32,000 bases of DNA, from the NCBI RefSeq assembly GCF_000009045.1, contig NC_000964.3, positions 2,790,001 through 2,822,000 on the forward strand, in the 5' to 3' direction. This document shows, in pieces, positions 26,535 to 32,000 of the stretch. The DNA is from Bacillus subtilis subsp. subtilis str. 168 (GTDB taxonomy: Bacteria > Bacillota > Bacilli > Bacillales > Bacillaceae). Each line of letters opens with the position of its first letter. Position 1 is the stretch's first letter. The translations under genes and the position numbers were made by a program. Under the pieces are notes generated by a model. It was not told the origin of the DNA. It did not search any database and saw only the letters and a program-made list of their open reading frames with translations.

Positions 26535-27809
26535 TTATCCCTTTTGGTTTGCCTTCATCACATGTATAAATTCATCAAGTGCCACTTCAATCTGTTCGCC
26601 CGTCTGTGCATCCTTTACATTGATTTTGTTTTGGGCAAGCTCATCTTCACCCAAAATCGCAATAAATCTGGCCTTTAAGCGATCAGCTGTTTTAAACTGG
26701 CCTTTCATTTTCTTATTTTCATAATCGATTTCACTGGAAATGCCTGCTTCTCTCAGTTTGTACACCAATGAAACAGAATAATCCTTTGCTTTTTCGCCGA
26801 GTGTGACGATATAGCAGTCGATTCCCTTATCAACAGGCAGCTCTCTTTTTTCAGCATCAATTGCGGCAAGCAAGCGTTCGATGCTCATCGCAAATCCGAT
26901 GCCCGGTGCTTCAGGTCCGCCGATCTGTTCGACAAGCCCGTCGTAGCGTCCGCCGCCGGCAAGTGTCGTAATCGCGCCAAAGCCCTCCGCATTGCTCATA
27001 ATTTCAAATGCGGTGTGGTTGTAATAATCCAGCCCTCTCACAAGGTTCGGATCGATTTCATACGAAATGCCAAGATCATTTAAGTATTGTTTCACTTTTT
27101 CAAAATAAGCGGCTGATTCTTCATTTAAATATGTCAAAATCGAAGGTGCCGATTTCATCAGCTCATGATCACGGTCTTTTTTGCAGTCCAAAATTCTAAG
27201 CGGGTTCGTGTGCAGCCGGGACTGGCAGTCTGAACAAAATTCTTCGATGCGAGGCTCGAAGTGTTTCACGAGCGCTTCTCTGTAGCTTTTGCGGCTATCT
27301 TGATCGCCGAGACTGTTTATGACAAGCTTAACGTTTTCTAAACCTGCTTTTTCATAAATACTCATCGCAAGCGCCATTACTTCAGCGTCGATTGCAGGGT
27401 CTTTCGAACCAATCGCTTCAATTCCAAACTGATAAAACTGGCGGTAACGGCCCGTCTGAGGACGTTCATAACGGAACATCGGCCCGACATAATAAAGCTT
27501 TGTCGGCTGTACAGGATTTGCGAACAGCTTGTTTTCATTAAAAGCGCGAACCGCAGCAGCTGTTCCCTCCGGACGAAGCGTCAGGCTTCTGCCTTTGCGG
27601 TCCTCGAAGGTATACATTTCTTTTTGTACGATATCCGTTGATTCTCCGACGCCTCTGGCAAACAGTTCTGTATGCTCAAAAATCGGTGTGCGGATTTCTT
27701 TATATTGATAAGTGCGGCAAGTGTCTCTCATAATTTGTTCAACAAACTGCCAGCGATCTGATTCTCCAGGCAGAATATCCTGTGTTCCTCTCGGAATGTT
27801 ATATCCCAT
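26535..27809 (-). CDS. hisS: Histidine--tRNA ligase (424 aa)
   Basis: Class IIa HisRS motifs (LRPEGTA, YRYERPQ.GR.RQF, GGGRYD). SD AAGGAGG is present. Confidence 0.98.
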   Translation of the reverse strand: MGYNIPRGTQDILPGESDRWQFVEQIMRDTCRTYQYKEIRTPIFEHTELFARGVGESTDIVQKEMYTFEDRKGRSLTLRPEGTAAAVRAFNENKLFANPVQPTKLYYVGPMFRYERPQTGRYRQFYQFGIEAIGSKDPAIDAEVMALAMSIYEKAGLENVKLVINSLGDQDSRKSYREALVKHFEPRIEEFCSDCQSRLHTNPLRILDCKKDRDHELMKSAPSILTYLNEESAAYFEKVKQYLNDLGISYEIDPNLVRGLDYYNHTAFEIMSNAEGFGAITTLAGGGRYDGLVEQIGGPEAPGIGFAMSIERLLAAIDAEKRELPVDKGIDCYIVTLGEKAKDYSVSLVYKLREAGISSEIDYENKKMKGQFKTADRLKARFIAILGEDELAQNKINVKDAQTGEQIEVALDEFIHVMKANQKG

Positions 27810-28159
27810 AGGTAGACCTCCTTATGTATTCCTTATAAAATATCCAATGATCGTTAATGATGAAAATGAAAAAAACTCCCGCCCCTACTATACATGATAG
27901 TAGGGACGAGAGTTATACCCGTGGTGCCACCCTAGTTGGAATACGTTCATATTCCCGCTCGATCCTTTAACGCAGGTTCACGTTCACTGCCTAATGGCGT
28001 TATTCACGCGTTCAGCAGGAAACCTCCGGAGTGTTGTTTCGAGAAAGACGCAATGGGATCCGCTTTCAGCCTGGGGCGGGTTCCTCTCTAATCATGCAAT
28101 CTGACCTACTCTTCTCCATTATTGGTTCAAATCTTTCATCATTTGCTATGTACTCAATT
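27810..28159 (-). promoter_or_regulatory. T-box leader of the hisS-aspS operon
   Basis: The minus strand carries AGAGAG, GCUGAAAG and the T-box motif AGGGUGGCACCACG (complement of 27920-27933). The terminator is ACUCUCGUCCCUACUA-ucaugua-UAGUAGGGGCGGGAGU plus UUUUUUU (27869-27913). A candidate CAC specifier is the complement of 28031-28033, but its placement is not certain. Confidence 0.9.
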
Positions 28160-28165
28160 TCTATT

Positions 28166-28194
28166 ATAATAATGGGATTGGGGTTCTCTGTCAA
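28166..28194 (-). promoter_or_regulatory. Sigma-A promoter of the hisS leader (TTGACA-17 nt-TATTAT)
   Basis: -35 is the complement of 28189-28194, -10 is the complement of 28166-28171, and the spacer is 17 nt. Confidence 0.75.
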
Positions 28195-28361
28195 GCTTTA
28201 TTCCGGTTGTTTTTCCTCAGCGCTGCTTCTTTGGACATAAGACCAAATTCAGATGCTGTTTCCGTAAGATAACCAGTCGTATCGGGATCTGCGTGATCGC
28301 TGTAATGCAGATTCGCTTCACCGTCGTGAAATGCACGTCCCATTTTTGGATGATATTTCAT
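28191..28361 (-). CDS. yrzK: 56-aa hydrophilic small protein
   Basis: Below the ORF-track cut-off. SD AAAGGTG precedes the ATG at 28361. The protein is [56 protein letters not shown]. The name is from memory of the gene order. Confidence 0.7.
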
Positions 28362-28493
28362 GATTTGCACACCTTTTTGATTGTATTTACGCTTAGTATA
28401 AACAAATCATTTTATTTTTATTTAAAAATCAGAAAGGACTTTACGATATTAAACAAGAATGCTTTTTTAATGATCATCAGAAAGGAGGACACA

Positions 28494-30050
28494 ATGAACA
28501 AGAAATACTTTGTCCTTATTGTATGTATTATTTTCACCTCAGCGCTATTCCCGACCTTTTCATCCGTTACAGCTGCTCAAGGAGAAGCGGTCATCGCAAC
28601 AGATGAAATGAACGTCAGAAGCGGCCCAGGGCTTAGCTACGGCATTACAGCGGAAGTAAAAAAGGGAGAACGCTATCCAATTTTAAAGGAAGATGGAGAC
28701 TGGGTGCAGATACAGCTTGGTTCTGGAGAAAAGGGCTGGGTAGTCTCCTGGCTTATTACAAAGGAAGACCAGGCCAGCACAAGCTCCTCAGGAAGCAGTG
28801 ACACTGTGACATCAACAGACCCCGATCTGCGGATGAGAAGCGGCCCGGGCACTTCCTACGAAGTCATCGGCAAATTCCCGCAAGGCAGCCAAGCATCTGT
28901 CATTGATAAAGATTCGGGCTGGATCAAGATATCCTATCACAGTGCCACCGGATGGGTATCATCTGAATATGTCACATCAGGAGGCAGCAGTTCAGCGTCT
29001 GATGAGAGTGACCAAACCGAGGATTCCGGTGCGTCAACGACGGGCACAGTCGGTGTTTCTTCGCTAAATGTAAGAGCCTCCGCCTCACATGACGCGGCAA
29101 TTATAACAAAACTTGATCGCGGAACGAAACTGACGGTTCTCAACGAGAAAAATGGCTGGGCTCACATTGAGGTGAACGGGCTAAAAGGCTGGGTTGCAAG
29201 CCATTACCTTTTGACTAGTTCTGTTCCAGCTGATGATTCAGCAAATGCCGGCAGTTCATCCTCCGCTAAAAAAGCCTATATCATGTACGGAGGAACGAAT
29301 CTAAGAAGTGATGCGTCAACATCAGCTTCGATCGTTGAGCGCGCTGCCAAAGGAGATTCATACACCATTACCGGTTCAAAGGGAAGCTGGTATGAAATAA
29401 AGCTTGATAACGGGCAGACTGCTTATGTAGCCAATTGGGTGGTCCAAACGTCTAAAAGCGCAGAAGAAGCAGGTGAACCGCCAGTCTCTGATTCCCCGTC
29501 TGGAAACGGCTCTCTAAACAATAAAACGATTATTGTTGACCCGGGACATGGAGGAAAAGACAGCGGAACGATCGGGTATTCGGGGAAATTCGAGAAAAAC
29601 CTGACGATCAAAACGGCAAAACTGCTCGCCAGCAAACTTAGATCGGCTGGAGCGGATGTATATGTGACACGCCAGGATGATACCTTTGTCAGCCTGCAGT
29701 CACGGGTCTCTACCTCTCACTACCGTAACGCTGACGCCTTTATCAGCATTCATTATGACAGCTATGCGGATACCTCTACAAGAGGCAGTACAGCATATTA
29801 CTACAGTCCTGCCAAAGATCAGGAACTCGCATCAGATGTCCACTCAGAAGTGGTGAAGCGTTCTTCCATTCCAGACCGCGGCGTATTATTCGGAGATTAT
29901 TATGTGCTCCGGGAAAACAGACAGCCCGCTATGCTGTACGAGCTGGGATATGTAAGCCATCCGCAGGAAGAAGCCATTGTACATAGCAATTCATACCAAG
30001 AAAAAGTAACAGATGGGATCGAAAGCGGATTAGAGAAATACTTCCAATAA
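28494..30050 (+). CDS. yrvJ: Secreted N-acetylmuramoyl-L-alanine amidase with four SH3b repeats (518 aa)
   Basis: ATG at 28494 follows SD AAAGGAGG. The signal peptide is MNKKYFVLIVCIIFTSALFPTFSSVTAAQ. There are four SH3b-like repeats of ~60 aa (NVRSGPG..GWV) separated by Ser-rich linkers, then an Amidase_3 domain (IIVDPGHGGKDSG). The 67-aa upstream extension in the track has no SD. Confidence 0.9.
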   Translation: MNKKYFVLIVCIIFTSALFPTFSSVTAAQGEAVIATDEMNVRSGPGLSYGITAEVKKGERYPILKEDGDWVQIQLGSGEKGWVVSWLITKEDQASTSSSGSSDTVTSTDPDLRMRSGPGTSYEVIGKFPQGSQASVIDKDSGWIKISYHSATGWVSSEYVTSGGSSSASDESDQTEDSGASTTGTVGVSSLNVRASASHDAAIITKLDRGTKLTVLNEKNGWAHIEVNGLKGWVASHYLLTSSVPADDSANAGSSSSAKKAYIMYGGTNLRSDASTSASIVERAAKGDSYTITGSKGSWYEIKLDNGQTAYVANWVVQTSKSAEEAGEPPVSDSPSGNGSLNNKTIIVDPGHGGKDSGTIGYSGKFEKNLTIKTAKLLASKLRSAGADVYVTRQDDTFVSLQSRVSTSHYRNADAFISIHYDSYADTSTRGSTAYYYSPAKDQELASDVHSEVVKRSSIPDRGVLFGDYYVLRENRQPAMLYELGYVSHPQEEAIVHSNSYQEKVTDGIESGLEKYFQ

Positions 30051-30078
30051 AAAAAGCTGCCTTTTGGCAGCTTTTTTT
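30049..30078. terminator. Bidirectional terminator between convergent yrvJ and dtd
   Basis: AAAAAAGCUGCC-uuuu-GGCAGCUUUUUUU. Confidence 0.9.
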
Positions 30079-30517
30079 ATTTTGAATCCATAATGAGCGT
30101 GACCGGTCCGGAGTTTGTAAGCTGAACATCCATCATTGCTCCAAACGTTCCGGTCTCCACTTTGATTCCTTTTTCACGAAGCAGGTCATTCCATTTTTCA
30201 TAAAGACCTAAAGCTTTATCAGGTTTGGCCGCGTTCATGTAGTTCGGCCGGCGCCCTTTTTTCGTATCTCCATAAAGCGTAAACTGTGAGACGGATAAAA
30301 TCTCTCCTCCTATATCTACAAGAGACAGATTCATTTTCCCTTCACTGTCATCGAAAATACGGAGATTGACAACTTTATCGGCTAAATAAGCTGCATCATC
30401 TTCTGTATCATCGTGAGTGATGCCGACCAGCACCATAAGGCCTTGTCCAATTTGGCCGACGACCTCTTCGTCCACTGTAACGCTTGCTTCTGTTACTCGC
30501 TGAACAACTAATCTCTT
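30077..30517 (-). pseudogene. dtd: D-aminoacyl-tRNA deacylase with a destroyed start codon (AAG at the Met1 position); would encode 147 aa
   Basis: The frame is open upstream of the track's GTG (30475, equal to Val15) and reads [24 protein letters not shown].... SD AAAGGGG (complement of 30524-30530) lies 6 nt before codon 1. Codon 1 is AAG (complement of 30515-30517). Confidence 0.75.
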
Positions 30518-30528
30518 TTCTAACCCCT

Positions 30529-32000
30529 TTAGTTCATGACGCGGCGCACAGAATAGATATCTCTAATCTGTTTAATACGCTCGACGACTTTATGCAAGTG
30601 ATTGATATTCTGGATAAAAATCGCCATATGGATGGTTGCCACTTTATTGCGATCCGATTTGCCAGAGACAGATGAAATATTGGTTTTCGTTTCATTCACT
30701 GCCTGGAGTACCTCGTTCAGCAATCCGCGGCGGTCATACCCAAGAATCTCTATCTCAACATTGTATTCCTTGCGCTTTTGAACTTGTGACTCATGTTCCC
30801 ACTCTACCGGGATCAGCCGCTCTTGGGCTTCATTCGTTTTGACATTCGGACAGTCTTCGCGATGGACCGAAACCCCTCTGCCTTTTGTGATAAAGCCGAC
30901 AATATCATCACCTGGCACAGGATTGCAGCATTTTGATAAACGGACAAGGAGGTTGTCAATGCCCTTGACACGAACGCCAGCTTCCCGTTTTCTTCCTTGC
31001 GGGTATGGCTTAGGTTCCCCAGTGACTTCCTGAACGATCTTTTCCTGTTCTTCCTGGTCGCGCTGCTTTCTCTCTTTTTCTGTTAGGCGGTTCGCCACCT
31101 GCAGAGCTGTGATGCCGTTGTAACCGACCGCCGCGTACATATCCTCTTCATTTGAGAAATTAAATTTGTCAGCAACCTTTTGAATATTCTCCGGCGTTAA
31201 AACATCCTTCAATTCAAAATCCAAGTTTTTAATTTCTTTTTCGACCAGCTCACGGCCTTTTTCGACATTTTCTTCACGCCGCTGTTTCTTAAAGAATTGA
31301 CGGATTTTATGCTTCGCTTGGGATGTTTGGGCAAGCTTCACCCAATCCTGGCTCGGACCGTAGGAATGCTTAGAGGTGAGAATTTCAACGATATCACCTG
31401 TCCGAAGCTTATGGTCAAGCGTAACCATTTTTCCGTTTACTTTGGCACCGATTGTTTTATTGCCGATTTCAGAGTGAATCCGGTAAGAAAAGTCAATCGG
31501 AACAGAACCGGACGGAAGCTCGATTACATCTCCTTTTGGCGTAAAGACATACACCATGTCAGAGAACAAATCAATTTTGAGCGATTCCATAAATTCTTCT
31601 GCATCTGTCGATTCATTTTGAAATTCTAAAATTTCACGGAACCAAGAAAGCTTTTTCTCAAAGGTTGCACCTTCATTGGCTGCTTTCCCTTCTTTATAAG
31701 CCCAGTGAGCCGCAACCCCGTATTCCGCTATTTCATGCATTTCAAAGGTGCGGATCTGCACTTCAAGCGGATCGCCTTTAGGCCCAATAACCGTTGTATG
31801 AAGCGATTGATACATATTCGGCTTCGGCATTGCGATATAATCTTTGAATCTGCCTGGCATCGGTTTCCAGCATGTGTGAATGATGCCAAGCACCGCGTAG
31901 CAGTCCTTTATGCTATTCACAAGAATACGGACAGCCAACAAATCGTAAATTTCATTGAATTGCTTATTTTGCAGCACCATTTTTCGATAAATGCTGTAAA
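30529..32000 (-). CDS. relA: (p)ppGpp synthetase/hydrolase RelA, partial (N-terminal part lies beyond the window end)
   Basis: The frame stays open past the track's internal Met to position 32000 (..[12 protein letters not shown].., a conserved synthetase motif). TGS ([20 protein letters not shown]) and a C-terminal ACT-like domain are present. Confidence 0.95.
   Translation of the reverse strand, partial: YSIYRKMVLQNKQFNEIYDLLAVRILVNSIKDCYAVLGIIHTCWKPMPGRFKDYIAMPKPNMYQSLHTTVIGPKGDPLEVQIRTFEMHEIAEYGVAAHWAYKEGKAANEGATFEKKLSWFREILEFQNESTDAEEFMESLKIDLFSDMVYVFTPKGDVIELPSGSVPIDFSYRIHSEIGNKTIGAKVNGKMVTLDHKLRTGDIVEILTSKHSYGPSQDWVKLAQTSQAKHKIRQFFKKQRREENVEKGRELVEKEIKNLDFELKDVLTPENIQKVADKFNFSNEEDMYAAVGYNGITALQVANRLTEKERKQRDQEEQEKIVQEVTGEPKPYPQGRKREAGVRVKGIDNLLVRLSKCCNPVPGDDIVGFITKGRGVSVHREDCPNVKTNEAQERLIPVEWEHESQVQKRKEYNVEIEILGYDRRGLLNEVLQAVNETKTNISSVSGKSDRNKVATIHMAIFIQNINHLHKVVERIKQIRDIYSVRRVMN

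Noticed and set aside
28031-28240. 69-aa plus-strand ORF upstream of yrvJ
   Set aside because: It lies antisense to the hisS T-box leader, its promoter and the 3' end of yrzK. It has no SD and hydrophobic low-complexity sequence.
28293-28493. 67-aa N-terminal extension of yrvJ in the ORF track, with similar extensions for glnQ, glnM, cymR, tcdA, mnmA, yrzL, yrzB, mltG and yrrN
   Set aside because: In each case a properly spaced SD precedes a downstream start, and the upstream start lies before or inside the SD. In yrzB and yrrN the track start is the GTG of GAGGTG itself. For yrvJ, the signal peptide begins at the downstream Met.

Overview
This window is ordinary core chromosome. From protein sequences, motifs and gene order I recognise it as Bacillus subtilis (168/NCIB3610 lineage). 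No database search was possible, so all names rest on recollection plus motifs read from the sequence. The gene order is pbpI(partial)-greA-udk-yrrO-yrrN-yrrM-mltG-yrzB-yrrK-yrzL-alaS-yrrI (all minus), glnQHMP (plus), yrzQ-yrzR-yrrD-recD2-yrrB-mnmA-yrvO-cymR (minus), rarA (plus), tcdA-bsrA(6S-1 RNA)-aspS-hisS-yrzK (minus), yrvJ (plus), dtd-relA(partial) (minus). That gives 32 protein genes, one ncRNA (6S-1), two T-box leaders (alaS, hisS-aspS) and a set of intrinsic terminators and sigma-A-like promoters. The ORF track misses several features: pbpI, because it runs off the window; two small genes under 60 aa (yrzK, 56 aa; yrzQ, 43 aa); the 6S RNA; and the true N-terminus of dtd. It also over-extends about a dozen N-termini to in-frame GTG/TTG/ATG codons that lie upstream of or inside the Shine-Dalgarno (SD) sequence. 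I see no mobile element, CRISPR array, prophage, defence island or foreign-looking insert, and no convincing evidence for a new multi-gene system. The points most worth a second look are these: (1) dtd has AAG where its initiator Met codon should be. (2) A terminator-like hairpin sits in the leader of the yrrM-yrrN-yrrO-udk (tRNA mo5U plus uridine kinase) operon. (3) yrrD-yrzR-yrzQ is a tightly coupled, uncharacterised mini-operon. (4) The Cys-rich motif present in YrrO is missing from its paralog YrrN. (5) Several terminators directly abut or sequester the next gene's ribosome-binding site.
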